A stretch of 64,000 bases of DNA, taken from the NCBI GenBank assembly GCA_000004985.1, contig GG738897.1. One strand, given 5' to 3'. This document shows positions 11,906 to 23,544 of this stretch, in pieces (positions within the stretch are counted from its first letter, which is position 1; each line of letters begins with the position of its first letter). The stretch is from Naegleria gruberi (lineage: Eukaryota). A program made the translations under genes and the position numbers. A model generated the notes under the pieces. It was not told the origin of the DNA, searched no databases, and worked only from the letters and a program-made list of their open reading frames with translations.

Positions 11906-12583
11906 TTAATTATCATAATTATCAATAAACTTTGCTCTCATATCAGCACGTGCCAACCATCCCTTCAAAAACTTATTATTATCAGTTCCTGGTCTACCCC
12001 AATACAAATAATCCTTTCTATGTCTTTCATTCAATTGTCTAGCAAACTTCTTAGCATCTTGTCCATTATATCCACCCAATTCATTCAAATATTGACGAGA
12101 TCTACCAACTCCAGAATTCACAGCAATATCAGCACAGATATAATAGGCAGGCATTGGAATTCCAGAACATTTTCCTTGATCGAAATATTTAGTCTTGTAC
12201 AATTGAGCAGCAGCTGCCTTGTATGCTTCAGTGTCCTTATTATAGGCATAGTAACAGAAATCTGCTGGATGACCTTTGAATCCACTCAATAATTCACCAC
12301 CAAATAAGGAATTCCTTTGTTCCCAACATTCTTGTGGAATAACTCCCATACATGTGTAACCAATTTTTCCTTGATATTTGTTTCCTGCATCTGAGGCCCA
12401 GTTTTGACATTTGCCTTCACTTTTAAAGATTTGGACGAGGGATTCTTCGGCAGATTCGTCATCGTCTGTGTCCATGGCTGAGGAATCGGCAAATTCTTGA
12501 GCTATACGATTTCTAAAGTGGGAGAGGAGAGCTTGACTGGAGGAGAATGATGCTTGGGCAGAGATGGCCAAACAGCATAACAA
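11906..12583 (-). CDS. Secreted lysozyme-like protein, bacterial/phage GH108 family with C-terminal PG_binding_3 module; ATG start out of frame by 1 nt
   Basis: Hydrophobic leader …FSCFIIVVALVLLCCLAISAQA|SFSS (AxA cleavage site). IFKSEGKCQNWASDAGNKYQGKIGYTCMGV resembles the GH108 N-terminal EGG…D.GG.T.yGI block. LYKTKYFDQGKCSGIPMPAYYICADIAVNSGVGRSRQYLNELGG resembles the GH108 core (Y..YW……lp…a….fD.aVNsG.gra.k.LQ..lG). YLYWGRPGTDNNKFLKGWLARADMR resembles PG_binding_3 (…f.kGWlnR). The ORF frame has no ATG ahead of the leader; the nearest ATG (12624..12622) is +1 out of frame across a T4 run. Confidence 0.5.
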   Translation of the reverse strand: MLCCLAISAQASFSSSQALLSHFRNRIAQEFADSSAMDTDDDESAEESLVQIFKSEGKCQNWASDAGNKYQGKIGYTCMGVIPQECWEQRNSLFGGELLSGFKGHPADFCYYAYNKDTEAYKAAAAQLYKTKYFDQGKCSGIPMPAYYICADIAVNSGVGRSRQYLNELGGYNGQDAKKFARQLNERHRKDYLYWGRPGTDNNKFLKGWLARADMRAKFIDNYDN

Positions 12584-13277
12584 GACAAGTGCAACAACAA
12601 TTATAAAACATGAAAATAAGTCATTTTTTTAAAGATGAATAGTTCACTTTCTGAAAGTTTCGTAATTGCTTACTGTTTCGAATAGTTACAATAACCGCGT
12701 GATTATAAAGAATGTAATCTCAGTGTACTTGTCCAATTTCAGTTCCATCAAAGGCAGGTGAGTGAATAGATCGATTTTTTACAAAACAAATCAACGTTAC
12801 AATTGTTATTACAATAAAAATAACAATTTTAAATCTTCTATCAGAAACCCTAATGAAAAAGAAATGATTTCACAAGTTTGATTTCTTCAAATAATTTCAA
12901 ACCTGCAAAATACTATTCATTTACTGTAGACGAAAGTGAGTTAAGTGTTCAGTTCCTTGAGGTAATTCTTTCCAATGTTGACTAAACTCCATAACTCTGC
13001 GTTGTAGACTAAACTAGAATGCAACTATTCGAAAGATAGAAATACATTCCAGAACCAAACATACAATGCGAATGAATGGTCCAGATGCATCAGCAGCGGT
13101 TATTCTCTAACAAACTATCAAAACGAATCTGCTGAAATATCGCCGCCATCTTTGGCAATCATTGCAAACAAGTTCATCAAAAAATTGATAATATTTCTAT
13201 TATCTAACACCTTGCAAACATTTCTGGGCCACAAATCTATATTGTATTCTCATCCATCAAAATAATGCCTTCCTTAT

Positions 13278-15364
13278 TTGGATTTGAGGAAATTTTGGTT
13301 GAATGAAAGAATGACGAATGCTCGTGTGTGCTTTGGACTCCTGAACATATCAAAAAAAAGAATGAAAAGTGTTGAGGGGAGTGTCGTTTTGTGTTTTCTG
13401 TTTGTTTGCATGATAATCTCTTCCGTGTGTGGAGAGTTTGTTTCGTTTAGTTCAGTTTCGTTTCCTTCGCTTAATGCAAACATTTTCAAACCAACCCAGG
13501 TCAAGAATTATGTGTTTATTCCGCCATTTGATCCACCATTGGTTGATTTCTGTGGAGACTTTTCGACTGACCCCAAACTAAACACCACTGTCAAATATTT
13601 AGTTTCAAAAACTTCCAGAACTTCATTTCCAACTGTAAACATTTTGCAAATCGATTGTATGAGATACTTTTGTACTAATAGTAATGAAACCGAGTATTTA
13701 CATTACAATGCAACTGCGAGATTTGTCAAAGATGAAAAGTACAGAGCCGAGGTAAGTTTAGTTTCGAATAAGTTTGTAAAATTGTAATTGAATCAATGAA
13801 ATAGCTTTCCTTTGTAGCAAATCATTGTTTCTTGTGCAATTCTGCATCAGGTAAACAGTTCAGGAATGCAATTTCATCAGACGAAAGGCCAACCTGTCCA
13901 GAGTTTCCATCCACTTTCGGACAAATCGTCTCACTCATGAACGACCATTGCATAACTGGTGCCGGATTGAACACAGCAACCAATCTAACCTCTTCATCAT
14001 CAGATTATTCCTCCGATTTCAAAAACGTTCATTTTGGCATTCTGGATGGCAAATTCTTTGATAGTGGAACTATTTATGCTGCTATCCTAACAAAATCAGT
14101 TCCAAAGATTCCATCTACTGACAATCTATCTTACTTGTTGACTACTATCTTTCCTTTGAAAGCTTCAGGTGGTTCTGTATTCAAATCGGGTGAAATTCCA
14201 ATGTACTGTCATTGTGGAAATACGTATGATTATTCCTTCAGATGTTATGACATCAATCACATGTTCTTGACTCCATTGAGATATTATGCAGCTCCTATTG
14301 TGTTTCTTACAATTGCACTCATCAGTGGTGCTGTTTTCTTCATTGGAGTTGTCATTCCAAAGGTGAAAGTCATGTGGTCAATTCTGACAAAGCAACCAGA
14401 ATATAAGAAGGACGAAAACTTTTACTTTGGACCAGAATCCACTCATGTAGTAGTGAGCTATATGCGTGCTATCTATCTTCTAACCCTTGGTGATATCAAG
14501 ATCCACTCAATATTTTGGAACATTTTACTGATCTGCTTCATTAGTTTGGTGGAAATTACCTATTTTGCAAGAAACTTTACAATGCCAATTTTAAACTTTG
14601 CTATTGATGATGTTGGAGGTACAATCAGATCTGCTGCGTTTGTCTGTATGGCCCTTTGTTTCTGTTCAATGATTGTCCACTGGAGCCATACTTTGGATTT
14701 AGTCAAGAGAGGAAAATCAAAAGGTTGTCTTTCCATATTGAATACCTCAATTACCATTAGTTTCTACTTGTTCATGATTGCATTTCTAGTTATTGGATTG
14801 ATTGTTGCATTGGTGACTAACAACTTGGTGATTTTCTTCTTTTTCTTTGCATTGCTTTACACTTCCTTGTCACTAATCTTTTGTATTGGATTCACAATTG
14901 TTGGTGTGACCATTCTATTGAGATTGAGAAAGGGTAAAACCAATGTCATTAGTGTAAAATTGACCAAATCAACCATGGCTATCAATGCTGTTAATTTTGC
15001 CTTGGTAATTGTTGCTGGAATTTCAATGCCAACCTTCTTTGTTGGTTGGGACATGTACACAGTTGAGCTAGGTCTGTTAAGAGGTCCTGCTTATGATGTG
15101 TGTATCCTTTTGGGACTCAATTGTGTCACTTACATTTTGTTCACACCATTGGAAAGTAAAACTGTGTATGGTGAAAGTTGTTCTGAAGCAGTGCATAGAA
15201 TTTTGAATTGTGAAATAGGATGTCTTGCACGAAAGGAAGAAGAATCTACAAACACTGAAACTAATCATCCATCTAGCTCACATAATTCTAGGAAAACTAA
15301 AGCTTTCCAACACATTGAAAGTACAAATGAATTGAGTGAAAGTGCTCCTAGAGAAACAATCTAA
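13278..15364 (+). CDS. Seven-transmembrane receptor-like protein with cleavable signal peptide and a Cys-containing ectodomain of about 300 aa; 2 exons (13278..13751, 13805..15364)
   Basis: Exon 1 ends GAG|GTAAGT at 13751/13752. The acceptor aaatag| at 13803-13804 joins the 13832 ORF frame in phase 0, giving a 53-nt intron. Signal peptide VVLCFLFVCMIISSVCGEF. Seven or eight hydrophobic helices between residues about 310 and 620 (AAPIVFLTIALISGAVFFIGVVI … YDVCILLGLNCVTYILFTPL), then a cytoplasmic tail. Confidence 0.5.
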
Positions 15365-15452
15365 TATACTTGTAATTTTAAATTGTAAATAAATTTTAAA
15401 TATTAAATTCATAATAAACGTCTCATTCGAATAACATTTAAATTCAAAAAAA

Positions 15453-16704
15453 ATGACTTCTATCAATCATAAATCGGATCGTGAGGAGGAAACCGTCTCA
15501 TTGTTATCCACATCATCATCCACAACAACACGATTCTCATGGGTTGCCAACAACAAGAAACAACTCTTGTTCATCATTTCTCTCATTCTCGTTCTTTCCA
15601 TTCACTTCATCTACATGATTTTGGCAACCAACAATAAGAAAACCTACGACAATAATTTTCACATTGGCATGTTTCGTCCAACCTTTTCCAAAATTACTTC
15701 ATTCTTTAGAAAATATGTCTTTTCCGAACATCCTTTAAATTTTCTGAGTTTTAGAAAAACTGTTCCACATACACATCCATTTGCTTCTGATTATTATTTG
15801 GATAATCAAAACTCAATGAGAAGATTGACTCTTGAAGTGATGGATAAGAATATTCAAAATCCTGGAGTGGTAATTGTGAGTCAGTTATTTGGCAGGAATA
15901 GACAGGGAGAACATTATCATGATATGTTGACGTGTATTCAAATTAACTTGTTGAATCCATTCATTTCAGAATACCATTTGTTACAGGAAGATGATTTCAA
16001 TAATGATGATTTGATGAATTTGATAAATGCCAAGGAGAAGATCAAGATTTCAATTCTTGGTCGTCGTTTAATGTCTGCTGATTTTATGGAATATTCTAAT
16101 GTGCATTTGAAGAATAGAGTTGTCATATTGACAAATACTGACATTTACTTTGACCACACCTTGGTTCATGCAAGTAAATTGAAATATGACACTTCATTAA
16201 TTTTGTCTAGAAAGCAAACTTTCATTACAGATTATTTGGAAGGTGAAAATAGAGATCACTGTATTGGTGGTTATGTGGTAAGTATTATTTAATATTATGA
16301 TTATTAGAAATGTTAATTTACATTTAAATAATTCATTCCTATAATAATGATATTTGATAAATAATTGGAAATTAATCATCATTGCAATTTTCGGAATAAT
16401 TATCTGAATAATAATTAATAATTATTAGGGATCACATGATGTTTTCATGTTTAGAACAGAAAGACCATTCCCTCAAGATGCCATCAACAAATTGAGAAAA
16501 GTTCCACTCGGATACTATGGTTCTGAAAATGTCATTATTCACCATGTGGCTAATAATAATGATTTCAAATACAAGGTCAGGAATGCATGTGAAACCATTT
16601 TCGTATGGCATTTACACGAAAAGAGAGGTGGAAATGGAGGACCACCACCAAGAATCAATGATGACACCAATACTGGTATGATGAGTCCAGGAGATGTCAT
16701 TTAA
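15453..16704 (+). CDS. Type II membrane protein of unknown function, possibly Golgi transferase-like; 2 exons (15453..16277, 16429..16704)
   Basis: N-terminal anchor LLFIISLILVLSIHFIYMILA. Donor GTG|GTAAGT at 16277/16278. Acceptor ttattag| at 16427-16428 continues the 16447 ORF frame (…DHCIGGYV|GSHDVFMFRTERPF…), giving a 151-nt AT-rich intron. Confidence 0.45.
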
Positions 16705-16934
16705 ATAATTCATTATTAAATGTCTCTAATTAAAATTCAATTAAATTCTATTCGAAAGTTCTTGATATTTTCTCAAATATGTGCTGTCAATCATAATAGA
16801 ATATCGAATCTTAGTTCCCATGTTCAAATCTTGACAACCTACTTGCGCATGCCAAATTAATGAAAATGTCAAACAGCATAAAAATCCAACAGTCAAAAAT
16901 TAGACCAACAACATCCATTCGAAACTCATAAGAC

Positions 16935-19900
16935 ATGAAGATTTTGCTTTACGGAATGGCCGAGTCAGGTCTTTCCACATTATTCAACCAATTTAAATTA
17001 TTACCCAACTCTGTACCATTACTCTCTCAAAACACCACTCAAACAAATTCCAATACTTCTTCTAACAATACAAGTAATAATAATAATTCTAATTCCAATA
17101 ATAATGAATCAAATAATAATATTGATGGTAATAATCATCATCAAGAACAAATAACATCCCTAACTGAAGATACAACAATTAAACAACATGATGAAAATAA
17201 TAATAATACATTCTCATCACCCGAAGAAGATGAAACTCCATCATCATCATCAGCAATAACATTATCACCATCAACAGATACTACCAAACCAGCAGTACCA
17301 AGTCAAGCCCTCAAACCATCACTCAAAAGACCAACCATCAGTCCTCTCCAATTTACTCCTCCACCTTCAAACTCTAGAAAAACAATAACAACATTAGCAA
17401 ATCCATCATCCTCTTCAACCACCTCCCCTCAAGAAGTCTTCCAATCCAACCATCCAACCCACATTAAATTCCTCAAGAGACGTAAACAAGCCTTTAACGA
17501 ACATTTTTTGAAAAATCTCCCTAATGCCTTCCTTACACAACTCTTAATATCTTTCAAGTTGTTGATTCATCATGCGGAGAGGAGGGACTTGTTGTTTAGT
17601 ATGGATGAGAGGCTACAGGAGTTTTTGATGGAGAGAATTGTGAGGGATGCGAGGTTGGAGAGTAATTATGTGAAGAATTCTTCATCTACCTTGTTGATTG
17701 TTGCTCCTTCTTCATCATCAAGTAATAATATTAATATTAATAATAATAATAATAATTTAAATTTATTGAATGTGGTTACTTCATCATCATCTTCACAACA
17801 ACTCTCTTCATCCTATTCGGATGTTGAAACTCTGATTGTACCTCCATCATCAAGTATTAATAATAACAAATCTACTACAAATACAACAACTAACAAGAAT
17901 TCTAATACAAAGGCTATGATAGCCAAGTTTAATGGAAAGGAAATTGTTCCAGATTCATCATCATCATCATCATTAGCATCCTCTTCTTCTGCTTCTACTA
18001 CTAACAATCAAGCAAATCAACAAAATCATCACCATAATATTAAATTTGAATCCAAATACAAGGGAGTAAGAAATGATTTGGAGAAGATTCTGAAGGAACA
18101 ACAAAAGGAATTCATTGAACCTTTAAAGAAGGAGAAGCTAACCCATCCAATTCGTCAGAGAAGTTTGAGCGAGTCCTTGTTAGTGAGTCAAATTAAAAAG
18201 TTAAAGCAAAAGAGAGGAAAGGACACACATGAGGAGGAAGATTATTCACAATTGTTACCTCCTTCTACTAGTAAGAATAACAACAATACTAGTCTTACTT
18301 CACTCTTTCAACAACAAGCAACAAGTTCAACATTAACAAATATCATAGAAGAGGAAGATATTGACACTTCGTCATCAACAGATGAGAGCAGCAAACAACA
18401 CTTGCCAGCTCAATATTGTGAGCATTGCCAAAAGATGGCTCATGCAAAATTGAAGGTAAAACCTTCTTCCGAACAACAACAACTCGATGCTAAACCAAAC
18501 AAGTATCAATACATGGATTGGAAAATTGAAAACACCAAAGCTATTGTTGAGAGAATTAAAAAGATTACAGACATTAATCAGTTATTTGGTGTCAGATTGA
18601 GAAGTGAATTCTTGAAGGATTGTTGTGAATTGTGGGAGAATCATATTGGTTTGCAACATTGTTTCCACTCGTATTCAATCTTTAAATGTCCAGATGGTGG
18701 TAATATATTCTCATCCCTTCCAGCAATCATGAAATGGATTGTGAAAAAGTATCTTCTCAACATGCCAACAAAATGCTTCAATTTTGATAAGCAAGCTATC
18801 TCTAGTATGGAAATTCATGCTTCAGAGCTTGGTGAAGATATTGCCACCTCGTGTGAAAGTATTCCTCCTGAGATGGCCATCCTTCTCAATACCAATTTCA
18901 ATGTCGAGTCCAGTAATACTACAGCATCTGCAAGGGATTACAAATTCAAATTCGAGGTTCCTACATCCAATAACTTTCAAGAGTTGAAAGTTAGTGTAAC
19001 AAGCTTGATTCCATCATCACCAAACACTTCATCTTCGAATACTTCATCTCCTGTTGGCACTCCTGATTGGAATATTCTTGGTACATCCTTTACAGTTCCA
19101 AACGATGATAATTATTCCAAATCTGATTCAGAGTTGGTCTATCCAGTCAATAGTGGATTGTATGCTCTCTCCAAGTATAGAGCCTCAACTGCTATGAATA
19201 AGGATGTCATTTCAGCAATGAGACCACTCGTATTGGAAGAGAGAAAAAAGGAAGAGAGGGAAGAAAAGAAGAGTTCAATGAGTCCACGTAGATTATTAAG
19301 CTTTTTCAAATCAACAGAAAGTGCCAACAGTGAACAAGGAGCACCACCAGTTAAACCTGAAAAAAAGACCAAGAGGATTAAAAGGCAAGATACCTTTTCA
19401 GTATTCAGCGTCATTACAATGGTAAGTAGTTAATTATAGGGTTTTAATTTATATACATTTTTATTTAGGGAGGAATCTCACCAAAGGTATCATTCTTAAA
19501 GAATGAATGGATAATGTGTTGCTATGCTTCAAATATGGTTGTCTTTGCCGTGAATTTGTGTGACTATCTCAAAAGTATTTTGGTTAAGGTTGAATACAGT
19601 GACAAATTGATGGAAAAGAAAAAGATTAGCTACAGCTTGGAAAAATTTGAACAGTGCGCGAATGGAAAGTACTTTTCTGAACTTCCAATAGTTTTGTGCT
19701 TTACCTTTGTTGATGTTTTTGAACAAGGTCAACACTATAATCCACTAACAGAACAACAAAAATCAGATATTGAACAAATTGTACAACAGCTCAATCCAGC
19801 ATCTTATGGACAAAAGAAGACAGAAAATGCTCCTCTTAATGTTCATACCAAACTTGATCAAAAGAGAAAACCTTGGCATGATTCTTGTGAATTTATCATT

Positions 19901-20440
19901 CAACAATACATTCACTTGGCAACAGCAGAACAAAGAAGAAAGCAAGTAAGAGAGTCATTCGTCGTATTGAATTGTATTGACAGTAGAAGAACAGCCCAAG
20001 TATTGGTGAATGATATTTTATTCAATGAAGATCTTCTTGCTAATGAATTGGAAACTGAAACATCTCAAACTGCTACCAAGGGTAATGATGGTTCAAAGAG
20101 TGACAGATCTCACTATAAAAAACCTGTGGATAATGGAAAGGCAACTCAACCTGACTATACCCAATACTATTTGAGAAGATGCAAGACAAGCACTACAGCC
20201 AAAGATCAACCAACCAAAATATCCAAGCAACGAAAGAGTATCAATAGAAAGGGAGGAGAAAAACTCAAACAAGAATTGAACAGAAACAAGAGATTGAGTT
20301 GGTCAAACAATGGCAGTATCAAATTGAAAAAACCACAGGAAAATATTGTCGTTCTCGATGAATACGCCAATGAAGATGAAGAAATTGAGGAAACTCCAAG
20401 AAGAAGACGTAAGAACAGCTATCAATGTTCTCTTCAATAA
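16935..20440 (+). CDS. Large Asn/Ser-rich low-complexity protein of about 1150 aa; 2 exons (16935..19421, 19469..20440)
   Basis: ATG|GTAAGT donor at 19421/19422 and tttatttag| acceptor at 19467-19468 (47-nt intron) join in phase 0 to the 19514 ORF frame (…ITM|GGISPKVSFLKNEWIMCCYAS…). Long poly-N/S tracts; no recognisable catalytic domain; the Cys/His cluster HCFHSYSIFKCPDGG is unassigned. Confidence 0.45.
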
Positions 20441-20582
20441 TACCCACCTACACTTCAGATCCTTAATTATGACCCATTAAATCCATCATAGCTATCATCA
20501 CTATACTTAAAAAGAGATTATCTCTCTCAAATGTAAAACAGTAAATTTTTCATGAACTTGAAAAACAAAGAAAAAAAAATTC

Positions 20583-22109
20583 ATGACCTTCATTTCCCTC
20601 AGCAATCATCAAGACAATAGTACGTATGGTTATAGTTTGCTTCGTCTCTGTGGAGCCATTAAGGGACACTCCAAGACCAACACATCAAACGGTGCACAAA
20701 ATCAATGGCTTTTAATTACTCAACAGCCAGCCAATAAAACTACACGATGGGAAGTAAGGGAGAGCTCGTTCAAGGCACTAATTTTACTCTCCGAAGGAGT
20801 TAATACATTGCAATTAAAATTGGAATCAAATCCGAATGAAATTTTAGGGAATTTTACATTTACCTACGATGCATCATTGATTAATAATTGGAATAGGGAA
20901 AATAAGATGATTAAGAGAGTGATTCCAGTGCATTTCGTTTGTAGTGATCATGATGGATCGTTTCAGTCAATTGAAGGATGTCAAACTGCAGAGATTGCTA
21001 GACAAAAGCTTGGAGTTGCTGCATTAATGTATCAAACTTTCTGTGCTGAAGCTTTGAAGCATAACAAGACGTTTGGATTGGAGATGGAAAGTGACAGAAC
21101 TAATATGCCACATGTCATGACATTTAAATCAAAAAAGTGGACCAGAAGTGCTTTGGAAGCTCTTGGAGATCACTGGAACGATGGAGGATGTGCTGGTTGG
21201 TCAGCAATCTATGAAGAATTAGAGGAACATGACATGCACAACCCAAATTTCATTTACTTTTGTGTTTTGGCGGGAAGCAAATATAACACAACAACTCACA
21301 AGACACAAATGGGAACTGCACTTGGTGGAGGTAAGCTTGCCTTATGGACAGACTGTACCTTGTATTCCTATGCCAAAAATGTTGATGAAATTGTCAAATG
21401 TTTGCTAGATAACAGAAAAGTCGATGTCAACAAATTACCAGATGACAGCTGTTACAGAGGAAGTTACTGGGCTAATTATTCTACTGGACTAGGAGCTGCA
21501 ATGCACGAATTGGGGCATTGCTTTGGTTGTCCACATACCCCTGGAGGAATCATGGCCAGAGGATTCGATGATTTCAATCGTTTCTTTATGATTTCAGAAC
21601 CTGGAGACAACCAAGCAATTATTACAAAAACTCACGAGTTGGGAGCTTTTTGGGAGGATTCTTCGATTGCTATTATTTTGAAACATCCAGTGGTTGGGTC
21701 AAAGAGTGAGTGTGTGATTATACCAGGGAAATCAGTGGTGCAAGTGCCAGTTGTCAAAAGCAATGTTAGTTCTGTAAATACAAATTCAATGATGGATTGT
21801 CACTATTACGTTTGTGGAAAGAGTTTTGAGAATGATTCTAGTTTTGAGCATGAATCTAAAACTACTTGGCTTGAAAGACATGGCGAAGTTCCTTTTGCTT
21901 CCTTTATTGAAACTGCCAGAAATCAAGAAGAAATAATATTATTCGACAATGGACGAAACATGGAACTGAAGCTGACCAAAGCACAAGCTTTTTGGAAAAT
22001 GGCGGATGCTACCAATTGGTATTTATTAGCAAATGGAAAACCTTTATTTTCGCACATTCAGGAAGATAGGAAACTATTAGAAAAGCATGGATGTGAAATA
22101 AAGTATTAG
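20583..22109 (+). CDS. Metzincin-type zinc metalloprotease (HExxHxxGxxH plus Met-turn)
   Basis: AAMHELGHCFGCPHTPGGIMARG is an exact HExxHxxGxxH zinc-binding motif followed by a Met-containing turn. 508 aa, single exon. Confidence 0.5.
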   Translation: MTFISLSNHQDNSTYGYSLLRLCGAIKGHSKTNTSNGAQNQWLLITQQPANKTTRWEVRESSFKALILLSEGVNTLQLKLESNPNEILGNFTFTYDASLINNWNRENKMIKRVIPVHFVCSDHDGSFQSIEGCQTAEIARQKLGVAALMYQTFCAEALKHNKTFGLEMESDRTNMPHVMTFKSKKWTRSALEALGDHWNDGGCAGWSAIYEELEEHDMHNPNFIYFCVLAGSKYNTTTHKTQMGTALGGGKLALWTDCTLYSYAKNVDEIVKCLLDNRKVDVNKLPDDSCYRGSYWANYSTGLGAAMHELGHCFGCPHTPGGIMARGFDDFNRFFMISEPGDNQAIITKTHELGAFWEDSSIAIILKHPVVGSKSECVIIPGKSVVQVPVVKSNVSSVNTNSMMDCHYYVCGKSFENDSSFEHESKTTWLERHGEVPFASFIETARNQEEIILFDNGRNMELKLTKAQAFWKMADATNWYLLANGKPLFSHIQEDRKLLEKHGCEIKY

Positions 22110-22135
22110 TTTAAATCTTGAAGAAGGTGATATAT

Positions 22136-23443
22136 TTAACGAATTTTGACAAAATCAAAAGCTTTGAAAAGAGTATTTCTACATCTGTCATCGTGTCCTG
22201 TTCGATTCATGAATTTCCAACTAAATTGTGCCAAGACAAGATAGATCATTAATTTACTTTCCACAAAAAGTTGAATCACTACATATCCTAAGAGAATTAC
22301 AAAATACCAGACAAATTCTATTAGCCCTAAACCTTTCGCCCTTCTCCAATAAACCATTCCAATTGACATTCCAATAAATGTCGTTAAATCTATCGGAAAG
22401 TTAACCAATGTCATTAATAATCCAAACCAAAAACATGAATTTTCATGAAATTCCTCTCCAAACTCATACAGCAAATAAGGAAACACTCCACTACTAAATA
22501 TCCTAATCAACATCCAAAAATGTGTAAACATTGGTCCAAACATTATCATTAGCTCAATTAATAATAAGCAAATCATGAAAATATAATTTGTCATTTCCTT
22601 ATAGGCAGAAAATAAGCAAATAACACCAAATATTACAAGTGGAAGACCTAGGCAACATAGATAAATGGTTAATGGTAGTTTGGTTTCTTGTAAATTAGTT
22701 TTGGAATTCCAATAAAAGTAAATCGAATCTTGTTCAGAATTATTTGCCAAAAAATTGAGGAATAATTTCACAAACGGAAATACCAATTCATGATACATCC
22801 AATAGGAAAATATTAATAATAGAAATGGAATAAATTCATTTTTAAACTTTCCATTTTTGAATTGAATTCTAAATTCATTTAAATTTTCCTTTTTTGTTAA
22901 TAATAAAAAATCCAGAAAAATTCCAATCAAAATTATTGAAATTCCAAGTGAAAAGGAAGACTCCACTAAATACAATAGAATGATTACAATAAATTCAGGT
23001 AGAAAGTAACGAATCCAAATTCTTTCCGAAATTAAATTTTGAATTTCCGAAAGTTTTTCTTGATTTTCAAGTTTTGCTTGAAATGAAAGTATTTTGTTAA
23101 TGTTTCTAAAGTGTTTACCATCCTTAGTATCATCAAATAATAAATTGGTAGCTCTATTGCTCAAATCACCAAGTTTCGTTTGAACTTTAGTTTCGAATAA
23201 TTCTTCAGGTTCGAATGGAATGATATTGGAAATATTTCGGATGGAAATTTGTTCCCGAATCTCCTTTAAACCTTTAGAAACTCCTCTTTTCTCAACCTTC
23301 CTTCCGAGAACTTGTTTAAAACATAAATTGATTTTTGCATTGTTTACAATTGATTCGAAAGTATGTGGAAGAAACGAAACTATTTTATCAGCAACCACAT
23401 CCGACATGAATGGATTAATTCTTTCCCTGTGATGATCAGCCAT
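22136..23443 (-). CDS. Multi-pass membrane protein (about 8 TM) of unknown function
   Basis: Soluble N-terminal region of about 150 aa, then repeated 20-25-residue hydrophobic segments (FIVIILLYLV…, ISIILIGIFLDFLLL, FIPFLLLIFSYWMY…, LPLTIYLCCLGLPLVIFGVICLF…). Convergent with the metzincin gene, 26 bp apart. Confidence 0.45.
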   Translation of the reverse strand: MADHHRERINPFMSDVVADKIVSFLPHTFESIVNNAKINLCFKQVLGRKVEKRGVSKGLKEIREQISIRNISNIIPFEPEELFETKVQTKLGDLSNRATNLLFDDTKDGKHFRNINKILSFQAKLENQEKLSEIQNLISERIWIRYFLPEFIVIILLYLVESSFSLGISIILIGIFLDFLLLTKKENLNEFRIQFKNGKFKNEFIPFLLLIFSYWMYHELVFPFVKLFLNFLANNSEQDSIYFYWNSKTNLQETKLPLTIYLCCLGLPLVIFGVICLFSAYKEMTNYIFMICLLLIELMIMFGPMFTHFWMLIRIFSSGVFPYLLYEFGEEFHENSCFWFGLLMTLVNFPIDLTTFIGMSIGMVYWRRAKGLGLIEFVWYFVILLGYVVIQLFVESKLMIYLVLAQFSWKFMNRTGHDDRCRNTLFKAFDFVKIR

Positions 23444-23544
23444 TTTTTTTTATCTTGTCAATTTTTACTTTACAAAAATGTCAAAATGTCAAGTTCTCTA
23501 ATCCTGAATTGACACATTCAAAAAAAACAACATTTGATAAATAT

